Source of the DNA: Octopus vulgaris
Lineage: Eukaryota
DNA length: 64,000 nt
NCBI GenBank assembly: GCA_951406725.2
Contig: OX597823.1
Location: 46,996,001 to 47,060,000 of the forward strand
Direction of reading: 5' to 3'
The notes below the pieces were generated by a model that saw only the letters and a program-made list of their open reading frames with translations, was not told the origin of the DNA and made no database searches. This document shows positions 41,590 through 55,396 of this stretch, one piece after another. The position numbers were made by a program, and so were the translations under genes. How positions within the stretch are numbered: position 1 is the first letter of the stretch; the number at the start of each line of letters is the position of its first letter.

Positions 41590-41780
41590 TAAAAGCAGAG
41601 CTTGAAGCGATCCGATGTTTCTACATTAGAATGCTTGTAATTGTGTAGCAAATGAGCTACAGGGAGAGGCTCAAATGCTACGCCTTTACTCCCTGGGGCG
41701 AAGACGCAAGAGGTATGTTTTACACATGGAAAATTTCTTTAAGGTTCAAGAATTATATCCAAATGCCAGAATGCACGCCA
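41590..41780 (+). pseudogene. CR1/L2-like LINE C-terminal fragment
   Basis: AELEAIR..MSYRERLK..YSLGRRRKR..YTWKI across a frameshift. Confidence 0.55.
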
Positions 41781-41784
41781 TTGC

Positions 41785-42140
41785 ATTATTCTCCGGTAGT
41801 TACTGCTGGCTCTTTTCAAATGTATAGCAAGGACCCAGGGGCGTAGATAGGTTGGAACAAGCAGGGCACATACCCTGGGCACCACTTTGAGGGGGGGGCG
41901 CAATTTTGGCCAAGATCATTTTCTAATTAAGCCATTTCTATGCGAGTTTCCACTTTTTGGCTGGGTGGAGGAGGGGCAGTTTTGATGCTTTACGCCATTT
42001 ACCATAGCTACGCCCCTGCAAGGAGCCGAACCCTCCAGCCACATATATGGCTTTCTAGCAGTGGCCCTCTCCAGCCAAGGATCGACTACAGTCTCCAGCA
42101 GCTTCACATAGACGTCTAAATTGATCCTAAGGCTCTGTTC
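41785..42140 (-). pseudogene. Tc1/mariner DD37D-type transposase fragment split by a MITE
   Basis: LRINLDVYVKLLETVVDPWLERATARKPYMWLEGSAPC | PCYTFEKSQQ*LPEN resembles WQQDSAPCHTS.KSQ.WL.EN. Confidence 0.7.
41836..42018. mobile_element. MITE with CAGGGGCGTAG TIRs and 8-bp TSD (hAT-type)
   Basis: TIR CAGGGGCGTAG / CTACGCCCCTG; TSD CAAGGACC / CAAGGAGC. Confidence 0.85.
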
Positions 42141-42410
42141 GACAAAATTCGAAGCTTCTACTCTGTTGTAGCTGCCGAAAGATATATCAGAAATTTTATT
42201 TTTATGTTTCTTAAACCAGAAGGAATTATCATTAGCGATGATAATAAATCCCACACATTCTTTCTACCATTCATAATTGTGCCAGTTATATAGTAATTTT
42301 CTTTTTCAAATCCTAGTGCTTTCAGATATCGTTTGAAATGGACGAGTGAAAAACTGCAATATCTAACTAAATCCCTAGACAGTAGCGCTATATCACAATT
42401 CCCCTTTAAA
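42141..42410 (-). pseudogene. Penelope-like RT fragment
   Basis: CDI..KALGF..IMNGRK..NDNSFWFKK..SDISFGSYNRVEASNFV resembles FDI..W.KK..FDVTMGSYDGAEVCELV. Confidence 0.5.
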
Positions 42411-42819
42411 CTTCGTTGTGTAACATTTTGCATTCATTGGTGCGCGCGCGTGTGTGTGTGTGTGTTTTATTGTCTTAATGACTATGCTCTTAGGATGAGA
42501 ATGGTGCGGGGCCCACTTATGCGAACTAAAGAGGAGTGTGACCCCAATTAATGTAAACTAGATAGGACTATTTATTGCAAATTCCTATTAAACGATGCTA
42601 CTTTTTATACATATAAGTAGTCAAGCACAAATACATAGAAAATGATAAACAACGAGCTGGAATATCCAGGCTGCACATTTAAATATAATAAGATCCAGCA
42701 GACGGCCTCAACCGTTGCTGATCTTGAGTCTATTTCTGTTTGATTACTCATATATTATGGCAACATTGTTTAATAACAATTTGCTATAAATATTCCTCGT
42801 TCGCATATCGACATATTAT

Positions 42820-43255
42820 TGGCGCAGCTATGGCTGTGGAGTAACAAGTTTGCTTCCCAACCTCATGATTTCGAGTTCAATCCCACCATGTGGCACCTTG
42901 GGCTAGTGTCTACTGCTCTAGCCTCGGGTTGACCAAAAGCCTTGTGACTGGATTTGGTTGACGGAAACTGAAAAGAAGCCCGTCGTATATATGTATATAT
43001 ATGTGTATTCGTCTGTGTGTCTTTGCGTCTGCGTTTGTCACACCACCATCGATTGACAACCGATGTTGGTGTGTTTACGTTACCGTAACTTAACGGTTCG
43101 TTCAAAGAGTCCGATAGAATAAATATTAGGCTTACAGAGAATAAGCTTAGTGCAAAGAATAAGCCTGGGGTCGATTTGTTCCTCTGTAATCCCTTAAGCC
43201 GGTGCTCCAGCATGGCCGCAGTCGAATGACTGGGACAAGTAAAAGAATGAAAGAA
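42820..43255 (+). mobile_element. Family B SINE (a partial copy follows at 43263-43420)
   Basis: Family match. Confidence 0.85.
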
Positions 43256-43529
43256 TATTATAAGCGCAGCTGTGGCTGCTTGCTAAGAAGTTTGTTTTTC
43301 AACAACCAGCTTCTGATTTCGGTCTAACAGCGGCGTGGCACTTTGGGCAATGGTCTTCTGACTATAGCCACGGGTCGACCAAAGGCTTGAGAGAGAACTT
43401 GGCAGACGGAAAATGGAAGTGCGTGTGTATATATATATTTATTTATTTTTCTCAGTGCAGTTACAATTTATATTCATTCTTTCCATTAATATGTTTTTAG
43501 ATTTCAAATATTTCGATAATCCTGTATAG

Positions 43530-43915
43530 CACATTCATACATTGTATGTGGTTAGAAAAATACAACAGAAAGAGAACATTTATGGAACATTGACAAAAAG
43601 GGTCTTTTTTTAAAATTCAGTACCCAGAATACACCTTCAGTCCTATATCCATTATTCTTGGAATAAAAGGATGCATACCAACCTGTCGGGAGCAATGTAT
43701 GACTGAACTTGGCATATTGGGGAGAGAATACAAATCCTTAATTCATAAGGTACAAATGATCACGACATCTGGGACTATAAAATTCCGCAAAACCTTCTTA
43801 AGATTTGAAAGATGACAGTTAAATCAAGATACTTTCTCCAAAACCTTGCTACCAAATCCGTGACTGGTCAAATTTTACTCGTATAAACAGACATGCGAAC
43901 GTAAAAACATATTTG
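43530..43915 (+). mobile_element. Divergent R4/Dong-type 3' end
   Basis: KIQQKENIYGTL..IQYPEYTFSPISIILGIKG..SGTIKFRKTFLRFER*, followed by UTR and (CATA)n. Confidence 0.75.
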
Positions 43916-43916
43916 C

Positions 43917-44004
<88 letters not shown>

Positions 44005-44186
44005 TGTGTGTGTGTGTGTGTGTAGTTGTATATTGTCAACTTAATGTGACAGTCCCATGGAGGGAATCATACTACTGCTATTTAGCCCTAGGAAGCTGCA
44101 ACGCTTCTTGTCGGCCTTGACATATTTCCTGTGTCCTTATGTTTACAAGGGGGAGATAAGCACCTCCACCCAGCTAAGCCAGCAAT

Positions 44187-44225
44187 CAGAGACTAGTTTC
44201 TGAGTCTTTGCTCGTCATCAGACTG
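44187..44225 (-). ncRNA. Minimal type I hammerhead ribozyme motif
   Basis: Minus strand CAGT-CTGATGA-CGAGCAAAGACTCA-GAAAC-TA-GTC-TCTG: canonical core, palindromic ACTAGT stem III, imperfect stems I and II. Confidence 0.65.
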
Positions 44226-44330
44226 GTGTAGTATGGCCTTCTATTTGGAGATACCTATATAGCTCTTGTAAACATAAGAATTCTAGTGAAATAAATCCAC
44301 TGATTACAAAAATAGAAATAATACATAGGC

Positions 44331-44895
44331 ATGTAAAGAAGTTACACAGGAGAGTATTTGCCTATATATGTGGATGCTTGTCTATTAGCTAACGAATGTG
44401 TATTTGAGAATGACACGAACGGAAAGAGAAACGTATCTCTCTTCAGAAATAGGTGTGCGGGTCTGTGATTTTGTAACTATACATACACACACTGTGCCTG
44501 TGTGCAGGTGTATCTATGTGTGGTGTCTTCCAATTTATAGATCCAGTGGCGGGGAGATGGCCTTGAAGAAAGAGCAGAAAACTTTCTACTCAATGAGTGA
44601 CATTCTAACACAGCTCAAGACCACATACCCCACTTTAGTCAGGATACCAGCAACTATATGGAACCGAATTGATCAATCAACTTCAGACTCATCCATCATT
44701 CCATTTCCTAATTTCTGAGATGAATAATTGCTGCAAGTATTTAAGATCATTCTGACTGTTAACCTTAAAGTCGTTTTGGCACTTTTACTCTATATTCACT
44801 TTTTTATATTACATTTCTATTCGTGTATTCGCAGACCGTCTTCATGTATCACGTATCATGTAGGTGAAATTAGAAATTTTCAGATTGTTTTTGTT
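44331..44895. repeat. Direct segmental duplication, copy 1 (partner 48886-49440)
   Basis: Long near-identical unique-looking sequence. Confidence 0.95.
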
Positions 44896-44997
44896 ATTTA
44901 CAGTTGGTGACGTCTTGTACCCATATATGTATATATGCATATGTATGTGTATGTATATGTGTATATATATATGTGTTTGTATGTATATATATATATG

Positions 44998-45030
<33 letters not shown>

Positions 45031-45065
45031 TTATATATAGACGTACATATATATATATATGTATA

Positions 45066-45150
<85 letters not shown>

Positions 45151-45151
<1 letters not shown>

Positions 45152-45461
45152 GAGGCGCAATGGCCCAGTGGTTAGGGCAGCGAACTCACAGTTGTAGGAT
45201 TGCAGTTTCCATTCCCACACAGGGCGTTGTGAGTGTTTATTGAGGGAAAACGCCTTAAAGCTCCACGAGGCTGCGACAGGGGGTGGCGGTGGCGATCGCT
45301 GCTGTACTCTTTCACCACAACTTTCTCTCACTCTTTCTTCTGTTGGCCTGTTCGCTTAGCCAGCGGGGTGGTGTCATTCGAAAGCTAAAACAAATGCGAA
45401 GCGCATTGTGACCAGCTATGTGTAGCAACATCTGATAACCTGGTCGAACATGGTGATCACA

Positions 45462-45465
<4 letters not shown>
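45151..45465 (+). mobile_element. tRNA-derived SINE (family C-like head, distinct body)
   Basis: GGAGGCGCAATGGCCCAGTGGTTAG A-box and TTCCATTCCC B-box remnant; lies between microsatellites. Confidence 0.7.
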
Positions 45466-45496
<31 letters not shown>

Positions 45497-45546
45497 CAAA
45501 GTAAAGTTGGGTGTTACCGCGCAAGTCAAAATATAAGAAAAGCCAT

Positions 45547-45996
45547 CTGAAAATACAGGAGTCTTTTAAACGTATTTATTAACTTAACCGGTTTCACTTA
45601 TTTCAAAAGATTTCCAGAAGTAATTTGTGAGGTTCTATGTATCCTCTGTGGTGTGAAAAATTAGTTTACACAAATATATTCAAATCAAGTGATAGAGTCT
45701 TTGACAATAATAAGAAAAACTCTGAGGCTTTGTGTATCCTCTGTGATGAGTCAAAAATCGTTTACATTAAAACATTCAGATCAGGTAATAATTTTTTTTT
45801 AATAATGATAGGAAGAAAAAATTAACTTATATGAATATATCCCGACAGGCATACAATTTTGAATACGTTTTTTGTAAACCAATTCTTGACACCATTGAGG
45901 ATACACAAAACCTCACAATTTACTTTTGAAAATCTTTTTAAATAAGTGAAACCTGTTAAATTAATAAATACTTTTAAAAGACACCAGCATTTTCAG
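45547..45996. repeat. Foldback element with ~140-bp inverted arms
   Basis: 45547-45684 is the diverged reverse complement of 45858-45996; flanked by (TA)n. Confidence 0.85.
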
Positions 45997-46030
45997 TTTC
46001 TTTTCCATATATATATATATATATATATAC

Positions 46031-46080
<50 letters not shown>

Positions 46081-46081
46081 T

Positions 46082-46197
<116 letters not shown>

Positions 46198-46439
46198 AAC
46201 AGTAAGTAAGAGTTAGATATGCTTAGTAAAGGAAACACGTAGTGTTCAAATGAATTTGAACTTCAGCTCCGAATTCTTCATTCAAGACAAGGTCCACACA
46301 GTATCAAGAGTGACTATAGCAGAAATCCAAGATGAGCTGATGTGGAGAGAGAGATAAACACAATTAAGCCTGACACATATGTACACATATAATATGGTTA
46401 TTTATACATACACAACAATATACAAATAGACGCATATAC

Positions 46440-46681
46440 TCTTTTACTCTTTTACTCTTTTATTTGTTTCAGTCATTTGACTGTGGCCATGCTAGAGCAC
46501 CGCCTTTAGTCGAGCAAATAGACCCCAGGACTTATTCTTTGTAAGCCTAGTGCTTATTCTATCGGTCTCTTTTGCCGAACTGCCAAGTTACGGGGACGTA
46601 AACACACCAGCACCGGTTGTCAAGTGATGTTGGGGGGACAAACACAGACACACAAACATATACACACACATACATATCTAC

Positions 46682-46736
<55 letters not shown>

Positions 46737-46900
46737 CGACGGGCTTCTTTCAGTTTCCGTCTACTAAATCCACTCATAAGGGTTTGGTCGGCCCGAGGCT
46801 AATGTAGAAGACACTTGCCCAAGGTGTCACGCAGTGGGACTGAGCCCGGAACCATGTGGTTCGTAAGCAAGCTACTTACCACACAGCCACTCCTACGCCT
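46440..46900 (-). mobile_element. Family B SINE, full length
   Basis: Reverse complement of the 11523 copy. Confidence 0.9.
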
Positions 46901-46959
46901 ACATATGTCTACAAATATTCAAAAAGATACATACTTACACATAGATACATATATATATT

Positions 46960-47056
<97 letters not shown>

Positions 47057-47435
47057 GACAGAGAGACAGACAGATACATACATACATACATACATACATA
47101 CATACATACATACATACATACATACATACATACATCATACAAGTATATAGATTGTGAAAAATACAGAATACTAAGAAAATACATAATTACTCGACAGCTG
47201 TTTCAAGAATACCTTGTGTATGTGTGTTGGGTGAGTCTATGTGGGGAGGGTGTGTTAGTGTGTTTCAGAGTGTGTGCGTCTGTGTATGTGTATATATGTT
47301 TTAATATTTCCGAAATTATGTAGATATCTATGTGTGTACATATACATATATACCTATGCATATATGCGTACGCATATGTATCAGACCTAAGTGTGTTTAT
47401 CTGCATTAGTACCTACGTGTATGTGTGCGTATATG

Positions 47436-47481
<46 letters not shown>

Positions 47482-48432
47482 CGCATATATTATATATGTA
47501 TGCATACATATATATATGTATATGTGTCTGTGTGTATACATACATATTTACATATGTACATCATACATACATATGTTTATATATATGTATATTTATATAT
47601 ATATACACACACACGCACACACGCACACACATACATACATACATACATACATACATACATACATACATACATACATACATACATACATACATACATACAT
47701 ACATACATACATACATACATACATACATACATACATACATACATACATACACACATACATGCATGCATACATACATACATACATACATACATACCTACCT
47801 ACATACATACATACATACATACATACATACATACATACATACATACATACATACATACGTTCACATGCGTGTGAGTAAGGCATATGTTACATTTCTGATT
47901 ACCCGGAAACTCCGTGTAATGTATTATGAATTAATTAATACGAACATATGTGTGTGTTTTGTACCCGTGTTATGCTCTGTGTATGTGTTATATAAATGTT
48001 TGCATTACAATATTGCTATATGTGTGTGTATACATGTGTGTGTGTGTAAGTGTGAGTGTCGGCACGTGCTTGTGTGTGCGTGTATGTGTGCGAAGTTAGG
48101 TAACTAGATAATTGCTTAGACAGCTAGGTATGAAGGTAGGAGAACAGGTAGGGAACAGTACAGGAAGGTAGGCAGACTGACTGCCTAAGTAGAAAGACGG
48201 CAAAACAGGTAAGTTTATGAACTGTGTGTGTGTTAGTGTGTTTATGTGCGTTGCGTGTATGTGTTTGTGTTTGTGTGTGCCTGTGCGCGTGTATTCTTGT
48301 ATAAGTAGGTAGTTTCATCAGGGTGTTGAAATTGATTATGAAATAGCACATTATAATTAAAATCAACTACTCTAGTCACCTGATGGATAGTAGGAAGAAA
48401 ATAAAGAAATGTAAATTCGAGTCAGCATGTGG

Positions 48433-48499
<67 letters not shown>

Positions 48500-48529
48500 T
48501 GTCTGTCTGTCTGTGTGTATATGTCTGTG

Positions 48530-48574
<45 letters not shown>

Positions 48575-48885
48575 GTGTTTGTGTGTGTGAATGAGAGAGA
48601 GGAGTATTCACGAGTGAAGAGAATGAAAGACTGAAAATAAGAGAGAGAGAGGAGTGAGAGAGAGAAAGAGAGAGAGAGAGAAAGGAGAAAGAGAGAGAGA
48701 GAGAAAGGAGAAAGAGAGAGAGAGAAAGGAGAAAGAGAGAGAAAATGTAGTGGAGAAGATAAGCATGTCTATGTAAATATGTACTTGTATGTGCGCGCAC
48801 TTGTGAGTTTGCATGTGTGGATACGTAAATTTATATGCTAATATATAAAACTGTGTGTGTATGTGTGTGTGTGTGTGTGTAGTAT

Positions 48886-49440
48886 ATGTGAAGGAGTTAC
48901 ACAGGAGAGTATTTGCCTATATATGTGGATGCTTTCTATTAGCTAACGAATGTGTATGTGAGAATGATACGAAAAGAAAGGGAAACGTACCTCTCTTCAG
49001 AAATAGGTGTGCGGGTCTGTGATTTTGTAACTACACATAAACACATATGTGTGTGTATGTGTGTGTCTGTGTGCAGGTGTATCTATGTGAGATGTCTTCC
49101 AATTTATAGATCCAGTGGCGGGGAGACGGCTGTGAAGAAATAGCAGAAAACTTTCTACTCAATGAGTGACATTCTAACACAGCTCAAGACCACATACCCC
49201 ACTTTAGTCCGGATACCAGCAACTATATGGAACCGAATTGATCAATCAACTTCAGACTCATCAATCATTCCATTTCCTAATTTCTGAGATGAATAATTGC
49301 TGCAAGTATTTAAGATCATTCTGACTATTAACCTTAAAGTCGTTTTTGCACTTTTACTCCATATTTACTTTCTTATATTGCATTTCCATTCGTGTATTCG
49401 CAGACCGTCTTCATGTATTACGTATCTTCAGATTGTTGTT
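48886..49440. repeat. Direct segmental duplication, copy 2
   Basis: Partner of 44331-44895. Confidence 0.95.
48991..49123 (-). promoter_or_regulatory. Candidate GC box, TATA box and short non-coding first exon
   Basis: Minus strand CCCCGCC (49123-49117), TATAAAT (49108-49102), donor GAG|GTACGT at 48991/48990. Confidence 0.3.
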
Positions 49441-49544
49441 TTTTTTTTTTTCATTTTCTCAAATTTTTAATCCGGTCCAATAATAAACTCGTGGCAATAA
49501 AACAAGTTCTCATACATCGACTGAGACTCAATGTAGACTATTGT

Positions 49545-50490
49545 GTGAGTGTAGCTGTACCAAGTTTCCAGTATCTTCTACCATCTTGTAGGCAAACATA
49601 TTCTCTGCTTGAACTAACTCCTGTCTTTACTGATGAAAAATGTCCACTTGAATCTTCACATCCTCTTCAGAGTTGAAGGTTTATTTATTCAATGAAATGT
49701 GAAGAGACCGAAGCAGATGAAAATCTTAAGGAGTAATGTCGGAAGAATATGGATGGTGCAGCAAAATTCCCCAGCCGAGCCCCAGAAATTTCTGTTGCGT
49801 CTGCAAAGAAGTCAGCGGTCTGACATTTTCGTGATGAAAGAAAATACCCTTGCGATTAACAAGCGCTGAACGCTTTTGGTGGATCGTAGCATTTATTTTG
49901 TTAAGTACTCATCCGAATTGATGGTTCTGCCCTTGGGAAGACGCTTGGAAAAGACAACGGCTTTCCAATCCTAACAAATTGAACGCATAAATTTCTTCGT
50001 GTGAAGTGCTGCTTTGAAGGCTGTTTGTGATGATTGGCAGTGCTGCTCTTCACTACCCCACTCCACCCCACCCCGCCATGACATTTTGCCCTTTAGACGA
50101 TCCATTTTCCCTTATGACCATTCTCTTCAAAAATAGATAACTTCCTTAACCTTTCTGCAGCGAAATCTGTTCGACGAGGTTAAATGCATTCAACTGATGT
50201 GGAACCTAAGCATCGATCCTGTTGTCGTAACCAAGATGATGCAATATAGAATTCAACACTCGATTTGAATAGTTGGAGAATGTCTGCGATTATCTTGGTC
50301 GTATAACGTGGGTTGGTGTCGACTAACTCCATTTTATCGCTGTTAATCTCAGTTGGCCAGCCAAAGCTAGGTATATCGTGAACCGAAAAACTTCCCGATC
50401 AAAATGTTGAAAACCGCTTCTGGTACATACGTTCTGTAACAGCGTCCTTTCCGTACACAGTGCATAACTTCTTGCAGATTTCTAAAAGAA
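49545..50490 (-). pseudogene. Mariner transposase pseudogene, most of its length
   Basis: LCTVYGKDAVTER..VPHQL..FLKRMV..KWIV..LGWGILLHHPYSSDITP*DFHLLRSL..LPTRW. Confidence 0.8.
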
Positions 50491-50774
50491 ATATAGAATG
50501 TATGAGGTCTCGGTAATATTCGTTTTGGTTATTCATTTCCGTAGTGAAAAGCAACCTGTGCGGTCGCAAATCCAAGTAGTGCTACGTAGGAAAGGCAAAT
50601 ATCTAACGAGTGCGCACGCGCAAGGGACAGATAGAAGTTATCTTCTTATTAGAGCGCTTAGTGTTGATGAAAAGAGGACGGTTTGTTAGGCCAAGCCAAT
50701 ATGATTGATTATATAAACATGAGGTTTTGTGACTACGAGTCACTTGTTTCTCTACTTTATACAAAAGAAACTTT

Positions 50775-51380
50775 TCTACTCTAAGTACAAGGCCAGAAAT
50801 GGAGGGGGGGGACAGTCGATTAGATCGACACCAGTGCGCAACTGGTACGTAATTTATCGACCGCAAAAGGATAAAGGGCAAAGTAGACTACGGCGGAATT
50901 TGAACTCAGAACGTAAATACAGACGAAATACCGCTAAGCATTTCGCCCGGTGTACTAACGTTTCTTATTTCTTTATTGTCCTCAAGGGGCTAAACATAGA
51001 GGGGACAAACAAGGACAGACAAAGGGATTAAGTCGATTACATCGACACCAGTGCGTAACTGGTACTTAATTCATCGACCCCGAAAGGGTGAAAGGCAAAG
51101 TCGACCTCGGCGAAATTTGAACTCGGAACGTAACGGCAGACGAAATACCTATTTCTTTATTACCCACAAGGGGCTAAACACAGAGGGCACGAACAAGGAC
51201 AGACATAGGTATTAAGTCGATTACATCGACCCCAGTGCGTAACTGGTACTTAATTTATCGACCCCGAAAGGATGAAAGGCAAAGTCGACCTCGGCGGAAT
51301 TTGAACTCACAACGTAACGCAGACGAAATACCGCTAAGCATTTCGCCCGGCGTGCTAACGTTTCTGCCAGCTCGCCGCCT
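50775..51380 (-). mobile_element. Trimeric family A SINE array
   Basis: Head at 51380; junctions AAAGAAATAG|GTATTTCG (~51150) and AAAGAAATA|AGAAACGTTAG (~50965). Confidence 0.88.
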
Positions 51381-52073
51381 TACTTTATACGAAATAATGC
51401 AAATCCAATTAGCAAAGCACATTTATGATGAATATAATACATAAAATTTATTATAACGTGAATAAATTGAAGTGCAGGAATTTGATTCCTATGTGGAGCA
51501 TAGAGAAAACAACATTGGCATGAATTTACCTGAGAATATCATGCACAGGTGTATCCAACATACTTTTAAGAGATACAGAGACACTAAAATGTAGAAAGTT
51601 ACAATTGGAATCATCTTTCTAATAATTAAATTTGAACATTAACTGGCTGCTGTAACCCTAGTAGACAAAGAAATATGAACATATACACAGATCCGCTCGC
51701 GCGCGCACACACCTATGTATAGACATACACAACTTGCTCTGTAAACTACAGTATATGTAATGACAAACAAATTAGACAAGTCGATTTACAGAGAATATTA
51801 AATACATTTAATAGAAGAAATGTACATGTGTATGGATATAAAATAGTCCGACATACAGAATATAAATGACATTAGGAGTTAAATGGGTAGAGATTTACGA
51901 GTCCAATAGATGTTGCTGTGACGATTGGTGGATCGCTATAATAATAGTTACTTGGATCCATTAGCGGATATTACCGCCTCCGTCTTCAGGGGGGAATTTT
52001 ACATTGGAGAATTTCGGTTGGTTATACTCGAGATACACACATACATACATATAGCCAGACAGCAAGATATATT

Positions 52074-52155
<82 letters not shown>

Positions 52156-52440
52156 TGTACACACATGTATGTGTGTATACTTGTATGTGTTCGAATTGTG
52201 TGTGTGTACATGCGTGTGTGTGTGTGTGTGTGTGTATAAACTTTACACTTGGAATGACCAATTTTAGATACTATTGGATTTTACTCACAAGGTATTGGAA
52301 TCTTATATGTATAGCATTATGCCTAAATAATAGATCTACAAATGCAATATCCCTGCATATCTCACGACTATTTTCATTCTTCCACTTCACTCTCTATTTC
52401 TTATCTTTTGCTTAAATATTGCTTAACCATTTTCTCACAC

Positions 52441-52490
52441 CGTCTCCGATGAAGGGATATTAATAAATATCCTGGAAACAGCTGTAACAC
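52441..52490 (+). ncRNA. Variant hammerhead motif (CCGATGA core)
   Basis: CCGATGA, hairpin GGGATATT-AATA-AATATCCT, GAAAC-AGCT-GTA; stem I weak. Confidence 0.45.
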
Positions 52491-52703
52491 ATATTTATAA
52501 ATGTTCTAAAATCTTCACAGCCCTGGCTTTTTTATCTCATTCTGAAAAAATGTTTTATATATACACATGCTGATATATGATCTACGTTGGGCTCCTTATT
52601 CGCATAATCACCGAACCTGGAGCTTAACTATGGTCTATCCATAGCACTTACTCGGCATTACCTGACACCTTTGGGTCTTACTGACACCATTACCTCTCAT
52701 AAC

Positions 52704-52839
<136 letters not shown>

Positions 52840-52935
52840 AATCAAAAGACATCGAAGAACAATAAAAAAAACAACAACGTGAGGACGTGGTACATGTAAA
52901 GTATTAGCAGATGCTCAGGGAAGGAGATAAAGGTG

Positions 52936-52970
52936 GTTTTACGTTTCGAGCAAAGCTTTTCTTCAGAAAC
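52936..52970 (-). ncRNA. Minimal type I hammerhead ribozyme motif
   Basis: Minus strand GTTT-CTGAAGA-AAAGCTTTGCTC-GAAAC-GTA-AAAC: stem I GTTT/AAAC, palindromic ACGT stem III. Confidence 0.7.
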
Positions 52971-53121
52971 AGGAGATAGAGGAAAGTCCAATAGTAAAGG
53001 AAGACGGAGGAAAAAGTATATATAATGTATATATATAAATGTGTATACATCTATATGTGTATACATCTATATGTGTGTATATATTTGCATACACACACAC
53101 GCACGCACACACGCACACACA

Positions 53122-53196
<75 letters not shown>

Positions 53197-53200
<4 letters not shown>

Positions 53201-53427
53201 AAATAAGCAAATAAGCAACAAGGATATCCAGAGGTAATGCAGTACATGCATGCAACTTCATTTCATGCGACTTCATTTATTGAGCAATGCAAACATTACA
53301 TCAATTTTAAATGTTGAGCAATCATCAACTTTTAAATTGATGTAATGCTTGCATTGTTCAATTAAATGGAGTCGCATGAAACGATCGTACTGCATTACCT
53401 CTCGATATCTTTGTTGCTTATTTTGAT
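53197..53427. repeat. ~230-bp near-perfect palindrome
   Basis: Arms pair around a ~7-nt loop (GCAATCA, ~53320). Confidence 0.92.
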
Positions 53428-53772
53428 TATAATCACCCCATTTTGAATTATATGGATAATACTATATCAAATTCTGGTGCCTTTAACTTAAGTACCATAT
53501 TCAACTGAATCTAAATTTTACTGAACTTATATATACATATATACACACACACACATTTGAGTATATAGGGACAGTTGTGGTCATAGAAAAGTAAAATGAA
53601 GAGGATTTAGTTTAACAAACTGAGTAGTTATATCTGCTTTAGTTAATTATTTCCCCCCTTACATTACGGATAAATGGTACATTTTTGGTTCGCTCGAAGA
53701 GGCAATAGTTTCCTGTTAGAAGCGCAGTTGAAACATCTGGCCAAGTTGTAAAGAAGCAATATACTAAATACC

Positions 53773-53905
<133 letters not shown>

Positions 53906-53972
53906 TTATCTGTCTGTATGTCTGTCTGTCTGCATATATATGTGTGTGTGTTTGTGTGTGTGTATGCATATA

Positions 53973-54021
<49 letters not shown>

Positions 54022-54253
54022 GTGTATATATATATATATGTATATATATAAATGTATATATAAATGTTTATATATATCTGGGTATGCATACATCTATATA
54101 TGCTTACATACACATACATATATACTTACGTATATAAATATATGTATATATATATATATATGTGTGTGTGTGAGTATGTATGTATATAATATGTGTGTGT
54201 ACTTGTGCGTGTGTGTTTGTGTGTGTGTGTGTGTGGTAAAACGGAAATGAAAA

Positions 54254-54494
54254 TCACAGGAAAAATGTCATATTTCGTGTAAATATCATAAATAATAGTT
54301 AAAGTAATTAAACAAATAATAAATCAAGTTGCTTATTAAATGACAATACATGACTTGTGTTCAATGACGAAACAATTTATATAATGACATTACATGGACG
54401 TGAAAAAATAAAAAGCATCTCGTATTCAATATCCAACTCATAAGAATGAAACAAAAGATTTTTTAGTCTGTCGGTTATTGACGTTTTCCTGTGA
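54254..54494. mobile_element. Small element with inverted termini
   Basis: TCACAGGAAAAATGTCA / TGACGTTTTCCTGTGA, between (GT)n tracts. Confidence 0.45.
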
Positions 54495-55302
54495 CTTTTT
54501 TCTTCCCCTGAATGCGAATATTTTGTGTATGTGTGTGTGTGTGAGTGTGTGTGTGTGTGTGTGCATATATGTATATAAAATATGTATGTATCTATTTATG
54601 TTAATAAGTATGTAAGTATGTATTTACTTAGGTTTATATTTATGTTTCTATGATGATCTATATATATATATAGATAGATATAGATATATATGTATATATT
54701 TATGTATGTACGTATGTATGTATGTATATGTGTGTGTTTGTGTGTGTGTGCGTTTGTATGTATATATTCATATGTGCTTACGTATACATATGCGTATTAC
54801 ATAGACATACGTGATCCTGGTATACAATCTTAGGTTATTTGAACAATATATTTAATCACTGTGAGTGCACGATGCAGTACATGATACATAATAGGGGTTA
54901 TTTATGTCTCTGTGAATTAAACAAATGGGTAACAACGAACCTTAAACATTCAACATAAAATATGGAATATTTACAAAGTGTCTTATGAGTTTTCTTGATG
55001 TTTCGAGCACTATTAAACTCTTCAGGAGAAGTTGCTTAAAGGCAGTTACCTTAAGCAAGCACCTTATATACCACCAAGGTTTAATTAATGCCTCAGAAAG
55101 GCATTGCAAAATATAGTACGGACCAAGTGCTCGAATGCGAGAAGCTGTGATGCTTAAATCCATGCCAGAAACTATATAGCCGATCAGCTGCACCTAATCT
55201 TTGATTGTTAGCGATGTTAGTTCATATCTAAAGCAGATATTTTTATAAAACGGACGCAGTAACTCAACAAGGTGATAGTATTGTGTTTATAGACACATAA
55301 AC

Positions 55303-55396
<94 letters not shown>

